Origin: Yuukianura sp. NJ FZ-2021
Lineage: Eukaryota
Direction of reading: 5' to 3'
Length of the DNA stretch: 64,000 nt
Assembly: GCA_046563655.1 (NCBI GenBank)
Contig: CM102286.1
Coordinates: 9,734,001 to 9,798,000, forward strand
In this document: positions 24,228-35,041 of the stretch, piece by piece
Position numbering within the stretch: position 1 is the stretch's first letter
Layout of the letters: every line of letters starts with the position of its first letter
The notes under the pieces: generated by a model
Database searches by the model: none
Seen by the model: the letters and a program-made list of their open reading frames with translations, nothing else
Told to the model about the DNA's origin: nothing
Position numbers and translations under genes: made by a program

Positions 24228-27065
24228 TTAAGATGTGTTAAAAATATGGAGTAGCAATTCAAGGCCATCGTCCATCTGTTCTAACATCTTCAATTCCGAG
24301 GTACGCTGAGACTCGAGAAGGAATTTGAATAAAGTAGCACGTACTTTAGTTGGAAATGCGTTGGACAGCATTGGCCGAAGCTCGGTTGGTAAGGCCATGA
24401 TGTGCCTTGAAACCGTGGGAATGAAGGATCTCGGATGATACCGCTTACTGTCTACAACGTAAGTTCCGGATCGTGTTGACGTTGTGGTTGAGGAGTATGC
24501 CATAACTTCCTTCGTAATGTGTTGGAAATAAGGAACGTTGTTATGTGCGAAGTTTGAAAACGTGAGCAGACATTCCAGTAAGCTCATGTTGGGTGGAGTC
24601 AACCAATTTAGCACGGAGTTGACTTTGGCACGAACACAGTCTCGTTTGTGCATCTTGAAGATGAATCGGACGCTTCTTCTGAATATTTTGTTAATGTTAT
24701 TGAATATGGAGAGATTTGATTTTGACCATAATATAATCATGTACTTGAACACTGGGATAATGTAGGACATGATCATGAGTTTCCTGTTTTCTTCCGACAG
24801 GAGATCTTGTATAGGATAGAAGGACCATAAGATTGCATTACACTTTTTCGCAGTCGCCATGACGTGTTCCGACCAGGATAAGGTGTTATCCAATATTAAC
24901 CCAAGAGTCTTGAAAGATGTAACGCTGGTGATTATTTTGTCAGCAACTTTGAGTTTGATTTGACCAATGGTTTGCACTACTTTCTTCTTCCCCACCAGCA
25001 GCAGTTTGGTTTTGTCAATATTGAGGTCCAAGCGATTCATTTTCATCCACTGAGTGATTGAGTAAATGACAGCTTCAGCTTTCGCAATTAATTCTTGTAG
25101 TAATTGCGGGTCACCTCCAATGACGACATTATTGTCGTCGGCAAATAAAATTGTGAAAGCGTCCTCTATACAATAAGGTAGATCATTAATCATGATTGAG
25201 AATAAGAGGGGGCCTAAGATGGAGCCCTGTGGAACTAAGAGTATCGTTGGTTTAGATCGCGAGCTTTTTCCATTGATTTTGACGTTCTGAGATCTCGAGT
25301 TGAGGTATGATGCGAACCATGACGAAGAAACGTTGTACCATTTGAGTTTTTCGATAAGTATTCCTTTGTCCACAGAGTCGAATGCTTTCTTCAGATCAAG
25401 GGAAATTATAAGGCATATTTTTCCCTGGTGGAGGTGAGCGTAAACTTGTTCAGTTAATGCAAGCTGAGCAGTTGTAGTAGAATGGTTTTCTCTGAATCCA
25501 AATTGGTTCTTGTGTAAAAGAGAGTTTTGCTTGAGAAAGTTTTTCAGTTGATCGTGAGCAAATTTTTTGCACAATTTTGCAATAGTTGGTTGAAGTGAGA
25601 TGGGTCTTGTATCACACCGTAGTTGAGGTTGTTTTATTTTTGGAATTACCACGGAATGCTGGAGCGATGAAGGAAATATTCAACTGGAGAGACTTTGATT
25701 GATTAAATTTACAATGTGATTGCAAATATTCGGTGCTTGGATGCAGTGCGAAAGAATTCAATTTGACATTCCAAATTGATCTTTCGTTTTTTTTCAGTTT
25801 GGATTTGCCCTTCTTCCATGTTTTGATTAAGTCAGATGTGTTGATTTCTTTAAAGTTGAATTTTTGGTTCGGTGTAATAATTCCCCTTGGTTTGTTCGGA
25901 AGTTCAGTGGAGACAGTTTGGGGAGTTGTGATTGAAATAAAATAATCGTTGATTTCATCGGGCGAAAAGGCTAGAACCACATTTGATTTTTCAGCGTTTG
26001 GTCGAATTTGATTTATGGCTTTGTGTGGTCCAAGTTTTTTGATTGCAAGATTAAGAGAGTTCTTTCTGTCAATTTTCACATTATCTTTCACTTGCTTTTT
26101 TAAAGCCACTAAGTTTTCTTTCTGAACTAAGGACAAGTTCAACGAATTAATCAGTAAATCACGCTGGGTGTTGAGCGATTTTGTTTTCTCTGATAATTGG
26201 AGTGGTATCGTCCGTTGTGTTAATGAGATAGTCTTTGTTTGGATCGTGTCTGTGAAATTTTTGCAGATTTTGGAGACAAGTTCTTGAAATTGCAATTCTA
26301 AGTCTCCATTGTTTTTGTCAAATGAAGTAAACACACACTTTAGTCCAAATTCTTCGTAGTCGAAGTTTTTGTAGTCTTCATATTTGATTTTTACTTTGGG
26401 GAGTTTCGGCTTTTTAAGGGTGACCGTTACATGAGTTGAAAGATGGTCCGAAATGCCAGGATTAATGACTACTGTGCTTGTCACAATTTCTGGGCAATTG
26501 GTGAAGATAAGATCTAGTGTTGAGTTTCCCCTCGTTGGAGTAGTGATAAGTTGTTTAAAGATTGAAGTCGTTTGTTTAAAATTGGTTTGACAGTTATTTG
26601 GAATGTAGGTTGGGTTTAGGTTGAAATCACCAAGAACAAAACAACTTTTGTTGGTGATAGCAAGTGTGCTGAAAAGTTCGGTCATAGAGTTCAAATCAGC
26701 TTCGATTGCACCTGTGTTGTAGTTTGGAATCCTGTATGCACTAGACACGATTATAGACTTGTTTGATTTCAGTTGTATGACAGCACTAATGACTTCAAAG
26801 TTTCGGTTTTCAGATATCGAAGTTAACTTCAGCGAAAATTTTAAGGACAACCTAATAAGAATTCCGACACCCCCTTTAGATTGCCAAGAACGGTCATTGT
26901 GAATGAAGTTGTAGCCTTCTACGGTGCGTGGCGGATGTTTTTCGTTCAAATGAGTTTCTGAGATGCACAGGATATCAACGTCGTAAGTGTCGAGAAAAAA
27001 ATTTATTAGGTCACACTTCGAATTGAAATTACAGACGTTTAGACCAGCAATTTTTAGTTGATTGA
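24228..27065 (-). pseudogene. LINE ORF2: apurinic-like endonuclease plus reverse transcriptase, with a frameshift and stops near 25600-25800
   Basis: EN motifs LKIAGLNV, DILCISETHL, GGVGI, LGDFN, TRGNSTLDLIF, ISDH. RT motifs RPISL, QFGFR, DLKKAFDSV, VPQGSILGPLLF, FADD, LGLILD. Confidence 0.9.
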
Positions 27066-27934
27066 AGTAGCATGATAGGTGTGTGCAAGAACGTAAAACG
27101 TTCTAGTTTCGAAAGTTGAGTCATCGAAATAACTCAAACAAGAATGGAAGGTGAAGGTCCAAAGTATCTTTTCAAAGTTTTCAAATGACCTTGACGTTCT
27201 TGTATGATGTTGAAGATGCAAATTGCGCAACTAAGCAAATTCTAGATTTGTTTGATATAAATAAGGATGTGTTGAAAATTAGATTTGTACAGTTGAGTCA
27301 ACGCACTGATTGGTGTGTGCAAGAACGTAAAACGTTTTTCTTTCGAAAGTTGATTCATCGAAATAACTCAAACAAGAATGCAAGGTGAAGGTCCAAAGTA
27401 TTTGGAAGTTGAGTCATAGAATTAGGTCGTTAATAAGTCATATAAGAAGGTTAAGTTCAATGATGGCATTTTAATTTGGAAGTCTTATTTGGTACAAAGT
27501 CCGATCTGTTTTCAAAGACGAAGGTGACTCATACCTTACGTGCACACGCGTGAACAAAGTCCAAAATCGTTTTTGTGTGGTCCACAGTCCGACCCTTTTT
27601 CAAGGACGGTGGTGAGTCATGTCCTTAGGTGCACACGTGGGAACAAAGTCCAGAATCGTATGTTCATCGTCATTTCAATTTGTACTATTAATAGCCGACC
27701 CTACAATTAGGTATGCGTATTTGATGCACCCCACCATCTCAAAAGATCCTTACATTGCATTCCCAACCATCCCGCCCCATTGCATTATTTCGATGAGGGT
27801 TACGCGGCGGAAAAGGGTCAAGACACACCACGGCTTCAAGTATGAGTACGCTGATTTTAAAGATCCCCAGAACTCATATCGTTATATATGGGTATGTTTG
27901 TACCAGGGCGCAAAATAACCTTCAAGAGTAATTA

Positions 27935-28291
27935 ATGCCAGCAGAGATTCAAAACGACAGCAATGTTGCAAAATATTTACAATTAAATGGAGACAACATG
28001 ACAGATTGTGTTCAACTGACCAAGAGTATACTTGGCTTTTCTGTATATAAAAAAAACCAAATATTTTCTAATTTCGCTTCGATGTACCACTGGAGTACAG
28101 TATTACACACCACTACCACCACCAACATCATCACCACCACCACCACCACCACCACGACCACCACCACCTCCACGACCGCCACCACCACCACAATTCGTTA
28201 TAAACTTAGCGTTACCGAGATATTGTTCAGTTGCAAGGTTGTATCCGCAGAGTGCGAATGTGCTGCACTTAAGATAATACTAACCACCTAA
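27935..28291 (+). CDS. Possible small Thr-rich (mucin-like) cargo ORF
   Basis: ATG-initiated 118-aa ORF with a poly-Thr tract encoded by an (ACC)n repeat; could be non-coding. Confidence 0.25.
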   Translation: MPAEIQNDSNVAKYLQLNGDNMTDCVQLTKSILGFSVYKKNQIFSNFASMYHWSTVLHTTTTTNIITTTTTTTTTTTTSTTATTTTIRYKLSVTEILFSCKVVSAECECAALKIILTT

Positions 28292-28317
28292 CCTCTACAA
28301 TTTTTGTAATTTACGTC

Positions 28318-28842
28318 ATGAACGTGTACTGCGAAATTTGTGGCATTCCTTTTTCTCGAACGGACGCACTAAATCGACACCGTCGTACTGTTCATTCATC
28401 TGGGATGTCATCAGAAGTTTACGAAGATGTACCAAACTCAGATTCTGAGGAATCAGAGAATGATGACAGCATCTCGGACGCTGAATCGGAAGAGAGCAAA
28501 ACCGAAGCAATAATGAGCAAATCCAGCATATCATTGATCTTACATGCTCTACACAATGCCGATGTCGGGGCTCATCGACTCACTTTAGATGGTTTGCGAA
28601 CAATTGTGGAAGCCGTAGATGACGATGACGAGGACAATGAGGAAAGTGAAGGCTCAGAGAGCTATTCGGAGGCTGACGAAGATGACAACGAGATGCAATC
28701 GGACTCGTCGGATAAAGATCAAGAGTCAAAATTAAATTCAAATCAGTTGGAATACTTGATAGCAATTGTAAAAGCAGGAAAACGAAATGTAATTCGTTTG
28801 ACCAAGTCTGCGTTAATGAAAATTCTTGATGATATGTCATAA
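28318..28842 (+). CDS. C2H2 zinc-finger protein with acidic tracts (cargo of the Maverick-like element)
   Basis: CEICGIPFSRTDALNRHRRTVH is a canonical C2H2 finger; Asp/Glu/Ser-rich remainder; AATAAA at about 28914. Confidence 0.7.
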   Translation: MNVYCEICGIPFSRTDALNRHRRTVHSSGMSSEVYEDVPNSDSEESENDDSISDAESEESKTEAIMSKSSISLILHALHNADVGAHRLTLDGLRTIVEAVDDDDEDNEESEGSESYSEADEDDNEMQSDSSDKDQESKLNSNQLEYLIAIVKAGKRNVIRLTKSALMKILDDMS

Positions 28843-29187
28843 GTGTGCTCTCCGAGGCATTGAACATTGCAAAGGTGTCATACTATAAGTTATACGACAA
28901 ATTCAATCTTGTGAATAAATCTTTGTATTGAATTTATGATTTGGCCTTGTTAAATGTCTAATTAAGTAACAAGGCGTTCTTTTTAAATTTGGGAGAATAT
29001 TTTGCGTAAGCAGTGGAATTTCTGAGAATAGTCAACTGATCATATTTTATTTAAGAACGATAGGAAGTATACGTGTTGTAGTAAAAACTGTGAATGAGTA
29101 TATTCCATAGTGTAAGGTCACTCGCACTGTCAAGGCCTATTTAAAATGGGCTTCTCAACATTCTGAAAATATAAGATGTGCACTTTG

Positions 29188-29305
29188 AAACAAGGTAGGG
29201 CGATGCTCAAGGGTTGAGCGTTGGTCTTCTGGAGGTAGTTGGCAATTGATACGGCTTTTAACCGGCTGTCCGCAAACCCGTTCAAGAAAAACGTTAAGAA
29301 AAAGC
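29188..29305 (-). mobile_element. 3' end fragment of a Helentron/HINE-like family
   Basis: Reverse complement matches the ends at 61350-61477 and 62833-62952 (CTCCAGAAGAC plus GCTCAA-NNN-TTGAGC hairpin plus CCCTACCTTG). Confidence 0.6.
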
Positions 29306-29494
29306 AGTCAGGTGTTTAAATTTTGTAGGATTATGCCGTATTTATACATTTCCATGGCGCTCTTCTTTCTGTTATTTTTTATGCCTTCTTTTCCAAATAA
29401 GGAAAAGAATCACACTTTTCTTATACAAAACAAACAACGAAAGAAATTGCAATTACAAATGCCGTTCCTATGCCATTCCTTTTTGGGTACAAAC

Positions 29495-30080
29495 TTGGGT
29501 ATAAACACTACGTGCAACCTGGGTTTTAAACCCTGCGTGCATTTTTAAAATTGCAAGTAGGGTTTATACCCACGTTGCACGCAGGGTTTAAACCCAAGTT
29601 GCACGCAGGGTTTAAACCCAAGTTGCACGCAGGGTTTAAACCCAAGTTGCACGCAGGGTTTAAACCCAAGTTTTATGCAGGGTTAAAAACCCAAGTTATG
29701 CAGTGTCTACGTGGGTTTTAGACCCTGCGTGCATTTTTAAAATTGCAAGTAGGGTTTAAACCCACGTTGCACGCAGGGTTTTAGACCCTGCGTGCATTTT
29801 TAAAATTGCAAGTAGAGTTTAAACCCACGTTGCACGCAGGGTTTAAACCCAAGTTGCACGCAGGGTTTAAACCCAAGTTGCACGCAGGGTTTAAACCCAA
29901 GTTGCACGCAGGGTTTAAACCCAAGTTGCACGCAGGGTTTAAACCCAAGTTGCATGCAGGGTTAAAACCCAAGTTACGCAGTGTCTACGTGGGTTTTAGA
30001 CCCTGCGTGCATTTTTAAAATTGCAAGCAGGGTTTAAACCCAAGTTGCACGCAGGGTTTAAACCCACGTGGGTAGTAGGG
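29495..30080. repeat. 24-bp tandem array (GGGTTTAAACCCAAGTTGCACGCA), probably subterminal repeats of a CMC/EnSpm-like end
   Basis: Directly visible units containing the palindrome GGGTTTAAACCC; the array ends in GTGGGTAGTAGGG (CCCTACT terminus on the - strand). Confidence 0.85.
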
Positions 30081-30107
30081 ATTAACACCCCACGTCGCAT
30101 GTTGGGT

Positions 30108-30656
30108 TTAAAACCCACCATGGCAAAGCAGGGACCGCGGGCGCGCGTGTCCCTGCAACCACGAGGTTTTTAAAAAAAAAAAATTCTCATATATGGTTTC
30201 CCAAATTTGTTTTTTGACAATTTTTTTCCATCTTATAGAATCCTCATTTGTAGTAATTACGCTTCCCCGTTTTTGTAACCTATCCTTGATTGATGAAGAT
30301 TTGAGTGGATATGAGTCTATAGCTTTGTCATATTGTTTTGGAGATAAGGTTGGTGGTGTGCCAAATGTATTACATTCGTCATGCTCCTCTTCTTCCTCAT
30401 CCCTAACAATTTCAGAATCTCTTTCAAAAAGTGATGGAAGGGGTGTTGTTTTGTTCCCTAGTTCTAGTAACCTTAAAATTTTTCCTTGTACTACCAGCTT
30501 GCTTTTTGTTGGTATTTTTTTTTTCAAGAATTCTATGGACAGTTTGTTGTTGTGTTTGTAGTTATTCAAATTTACGCAAATGTTTATTAACTTCATTCGA
30601 TCCTGCTGGTACATTGAAAAGTAAATTTCGTTTTTTCTTTGCCCTAGGACGTACAT
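30108..30656 (-). CDS. Hypothetical cargo ORF (182 aa), possibly decayed
   Basis: ATG-initiated ORF inside the Maverick-like element; no recognised domain. Confidence 0.3.
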   Translation of the reverse strand: MYVLGQRKNEIYFSMYQQDRMKLINICVNLNNYKHNNKLSIEFLKKKIPTKSKLVVQGKILRLLELGNKTTPLPSLFERDSEIVRDEEEEEHDECNTFGTPPTLSPKQYDKAIDSYPLKSSSIKDRLQKRGSVITTNEDSIRWKKIVKKQIWETIYENFFFLKTSWLQGHARPRSLLCHGGF

Positions 30657-31213
30657 GATATTTCAAGAAAGGATCTGCTGATTATCAATTAAAATTTCCC
30701 AATTAAATCATTTACAAAATATACAAATCATTTACAAATCAAAATCATTACAAAAACAAAGCATAACACAAAGAAAAAACACTTCCATTTTTTAATATTG
30801 TACAACACGCGATACGGAGCTTATATTTTACGAAAATGATTTCAGAGAAACAATAGTTTGAAACATGAGGCAGGCATACAATGTTTTTTTTCCTGGCAGC
30901 CCACACGTCCCTCAAACAGCATGCTATAGTATCTACATCTATGTTCAAGTCACATCCTACTGCATGATATCATGTCAGCTTCCTCAACACGGATGGAATG
31001 TTGCGAAGTTCAAAGTAGACACTCTTTTCATACAGCCATGTATAGGATCGACACAAATTGATGTAGTCCCGATGAAGCAGCTTCAACTTCTTGTGGTTAG
31101 GTCTCGTAGTTAGCTCCACATAGTTTAAAACCTCAGCGTCCAACCCTTGATCCGTAACTGTGTAATATAGAAAATCCACAACATGGCATTTCTGTAATTA
31201 ACAATAGTATACT

Positions 31214-31612
31214 CAGTGTTGGCGGATATCCACTTTTTCGACATTTCATCCACGGCTGGATATCCAGTGGAAGAAATGGACGAAATGGATGAATCCAAAG
31301 GGGCGGAGCTTTGCCCTCTGAATTTGAATTAATTGACTACAAACAACTAAAAAACGTGAAAACACAGTTCAAAAACTATGTATATATCGTTTTTAAATAC
31401 GTTTTAAAAAATATATTAACTATAATCGCGAAAGTAAAGCTTTCTGATATCATTTCGTAAATTTAAATTTGAATTTGATTTGAATTTCGCGCAAAATTTG
31501 TGATTTCTTCCATCCACTTTTAGTTTCGTCCATTTGGGGTGCGTTTCTTCCAGTGGATATCCACTGGATGTGGCAATTTAGCCACTGGACGTTTAAGCGT
31601 CCACCAACACTG
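31214..31612. mobile_element. hAT-type MITE (399 bp)
   Basis: TIR CAGTGTTGG / CCAACACTG flanked by the 8-bp duplication AGTATACT (31206-31213 and 31613-31620). Confidence 0.85.
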
Positions 31613-31963
31613 AGTATACTACACACTCACATTACCTTGGTTTAAGATTCTTCAAAATATTAACAAGCTTGTTCGCCAAGTGAATATCAATGGAAAATGA
31701 TATACCAATTCAACAACTCCTGATTATACCAATCGGAACATCACAACAATATCTTCTTTTCAAAAAAAATGACACGAAATTTTAAGGATTTAAATTTAGA
31801 ACAGCTTTGAGTCAAGGCATTGCTTTTCTCTACGTATGCACAAAATCAGGGAATAGCCAGCTTGAGTTTATTCATTTTCAAGTATTTAAATTTGTATTGT
31901 GTTACAAAAAACTCACTAGCATGTGACAAATTGTCTCGCCAGGATTTCTCCAAGAACGGGTTA

Positions 31964-32533
31964 TCAAACATCATCGAAGCGAACCATGACGGAATCGGCA
32001 GATCGATATTTCGACGAATTTGGATACAAGTAGAATCGGTGTGAACTAGGGGTGGCACGAATTGGTCGCAGTTCCCACCAGCGCGCAAAATAGTTTCGTT
32101 GATAAGTTGTGAAGTACACAATCCCTTCGTAGAGACTGTATGCGTCCGTATTGCGCAACTCGGCGTCGACGTAGTCAGCGATGGCGCCGCACCGAAATCT
32201 TCCGAGCAGAGTAAAGAATCGTTCAACAAACATACCTCTGCAAATTCCGGAGAATTCTCGCCCTCTTGATACGAAGAGTGAGTGACACCAAATGCTGGAG
32301 TTACAGAACTCCTGAACGTCGAGGTGCCAGTGGTAGAAAACTGCGTCGAGGGTACATTGTTTGAATTCATTTAAATTAGCTTGGCTGACTGAGCCTGGTC
32401 GATCGATGGCAAAAAGAGCACGGGCGTAACAGTCGAGTCCACGTTGGCCTCCGGGGCTTAAGGCTTCCTCTCGTAGGTACACGCGAAGGTCTGCTACTTC
32501 GGTTGCGGCCAAGAGCGGTTGATGCCTACTCAT
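31964..32533 (-). CDS. Hypothetical cargo protein (189 aa)
   Basis: ATG-initiated GC-richer ORF with a TATAAA about 110 nt upstream; no recognised domain. Confidence 0.45.
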   Translation of the reverse strand: MSRHQPLLAATEVADLRVYLREEALSPGGQRGLDCYARALFAIDRPGSVSQANLNEFKQCTLDAVFYHWHLDVQEFCNSSIWCHSLFVSRGREFSGICRGMFVERFFTLLGRFRCGAIADYVDAELRNTDAYSLYEGIVYFTTYQRNYFARWWELRPIRATPSSHRFYLYPNSSKYRSADSVMVRFDDV

Positions 32534-33728
32534 ACCAACTGGACTGAACTGTGACGGTTAGGCTAGGACTTACACCTTATTATTATTATCCCAGGTCCGT
32601 GCGCCTAATTCACTAAGCTACAACTGGTAGGTAACGACCTTTATAGCCACCCCACTGTACGTACCCACGGTATTAGGTTAGGTTCCTCAAACAAACGTTC
32701 GTTGTACCTCCATATTGTTCATAAATCCCTCCATTTCGTTCCGAATGATGACTTCCCTCCCAGATTCGCAGGTTATATGCATATTATATTATGCATATTA
32801 TATTATGCATATTATATGCATATTATATTATGAATTTAATTCGTAATATAAACGATTAGTCACAACGGATCTGGGCTCCTACGCACCGTTTGCATTCAGT
32901 TCTTGAGGGCGCTTGTGTACATCATACAACATCATTCACATTTCAAGCCTTCCATGATTCAAAAAACTTTCAATTAAAAAAGCTTTCAATTCAAAAAGAA
33001 ATTTCCTTAGATACTGTTAAAATGAACAAAGCGAAAGCAAACCTGGAAACCGAACTTGAGTTTTCAGAGCTATCCTGACAAACCTGCTGGCCGTGGCACT
33101 ACACACTCGTAATATGTTCTTAATCTTCCCAGTAATTCCCTCGTAATATCTTCCTACTCTCCTCCTCCACATTGTTCCCACTCATGACTCGTTCTTAACC
33201 CCCTACTCTCATCCAACGGTTGTCGGGACTTGGTGGGTGGTGGGTGGTGGTGGTAGGTGGTGGGTGGTCGTCGTCGTGGTAGTGGTGGTGGCGGTGGGTG
33301 GGAGGTGGTGGTTCTGTTTGTGCGAAATTATTCAGCACACGACTGTAGGCAACCGACAGAAATTAGTACAATTTATTCAGTTGCAAACAGGAAAACGTTT
33401 TTTTTTTAAATGATGTAACTTTGTATATGCAATCAAAAATCCATTCCTCGTTTCACAATTCTTCACCGTCGAAAAAAAATTTATTCAGTTGTCAAAAAAA
33501 AAACTTTCTGAAACAAATAGAATTTTTTTTTAAAAGCGTTTGATCTTTCGTCGCAAAGTGCGTTGCGTGGCAAACACATTTGGCGAAATCCCAACGCATT
33601 TGCGCGGTCGGCCTTTTCGTCGCCTGGGAGGATCCGCTCCTGCAACATCCGCTCCCGTTCCCCCTGCTTTTAGTTGAATTGGGTTGTGGGAGGACTTGGG
33701 AAACTCAACACAAAATACCAACACTTGA

Positions 33729-34648
33729 CTAAGTATACACCCTTAATCTAATTAGTATAGGTTCTCGGCAAACTGCACAACTTCTTAATGACAATGAACA
33801 TGTAGGACAAGCAACCAAATGTTTACATGGCAAGAATACGTCACAGGCTTCTTTGTCCCAACAAATCTTACAAGTAATACTGTTGCCAGAGTCGTCTCTG
33901 GTAACACCAGAAACCAAAACGCCGGATGCCGCACTTGAAACATGTTCAGATGTCCCGGCAACATCAGTTCCACCCACACTGGGAATATCAGTTTCGAGGC
34001 TAGTTATTTCTGCCACGTAACGTGTTGCCGACCCGGCCAAATCGGCTCCTCCATCGCTGGGGATGTCGGTTTCAGGCGCGGTTCTTCCCGCGCCGGCCAT
34101 GTCGGTTTCGGGGGCGGCTGCTGCTGCGGCCATGTCGGTTCCTCTCGTCCCAGCACCGGCAACATCTATTCCCCTCTGCCCAGGGTCGGTGGAAACATCA
34201 GAAGCTACCGTGCCGGGCATACCGGTTCCTGTGGTCACATATTCGAAAACATCAATCCTCGCTGCTCCGGTCGCTTCGGCTCCGTGGGTCCCAGTGACAT
34301 CCGGAACGGTAACAAACCCAACCCCGGATAGTAGACCGGTCATGACTACAACATACGGACAGCGTGGGAAATGTTTCCGGTGCTCCAACAACGGCTCATC
34401 ACCAACCACCCATTCCCCCACGACACCCCGGCAATATGGACACGCAACCTGTTCAACAGAAAACAAATTATTCCAAATTTTTTACTTTTTTTTAGAAAAA
34501 GTTGAAAATTACCCACCTTGTCATCTACTCCGAGGTAGTAAAATCCCGCAAACGAACATGCTTCCGGGGCCACAAAATTCAATGGCCATCTTACTTGAGC
34601 GTTCTGAAACGTTTGTAATCTCCCCTCATAACTCATGAGGCCCTCCAT
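33729..34648 (-). CDS. iap: Inhibitor of apoptosis protein (one BIR plus C-terminal RING); exons 34648-34517 and 34448-33729, about 283 aa
   Basis: After removing a 68-nt GT..AG intron (34449-34516), the BIR reads RLQTF...WP...AGFYYLGVDDKVACPYC...W...DEPLLEHRKHFPRC. The RING reads CKICWDKEACDVFLPCKHLVACPTCSLSLRSCAVCREPI. Confidence 0.9.
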
Positions 34649-35041
34649 ATTCCTTTGACTGACTTCTCACAACTCAAGCGTTACTATATATATACATGCG
34701 CAAAACCTAATTGTAGGGTCGGCTATTAATAGTACAAATTGAAATGACGATGAACATACGATTCTGGACTTTGTTCCCCGACTCAACTGTACAAATCTAA
34801 TTTTCAACACATCCTTATTTATATCAAACAAATCTAGAATTTGCTTAGTTGCGCAATTTGCATCTTCAACATCATACAAGAACGTCAAGGTCATTTGAAA
34901 ACTTTGAAAAGATACTTTGGACCTTCACCTTCCATTCTTGTTTGAGTTATTTCGATGACTCAACTTTCGAAACTAGAACGTTTTACGTTCTTGCACACAC
35001 CTATCATGCTACTGATTGAGAGTGGTCGAGTTTCGTGATAG

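Larger units (their letters stand above)
27066..35013. mobile_element. Non-autonomous Maverick/Polinton-like element (7948 bp)
   Basis: Ends AGTAGCATGATAGG... / ...CCTATCATGCTACT. Inverted repeats 27066-27299 vs 34780-35013 and about 27640-27711 vs 34706-34777. 6-bp TSD GATTGA at 27060-27065 and 35014-35019. Removing the element restores the LINE ORF1-ORF2 junction. Confidence 0.82.

Noticed and set aside
27060..27065. TSD GATTGA resembles the LINE (TGAT)n tail
   Set aside because: The hexamer is part of the ORF2 5' coding sequence; the match is most likely chance.
29781..30018. Repetitive ORFs (KPKLHAGF)n / (NPACNLGL)n
   Set aside because: Translation of a 24-bp tandem repeat; no evidence of coding.
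31192..31635. Possible intron hosting the hAT MITE in a minus-strand cargo gene
   Set aside because: Without the MITE it would be only 37 nt, and splicing does not restore the downstream reading frame.
33942..34638. Plus-strand ORFs of 91-191 aa
   Set aside because: Antisense shadows of the GC-rich IAP coding sequence.
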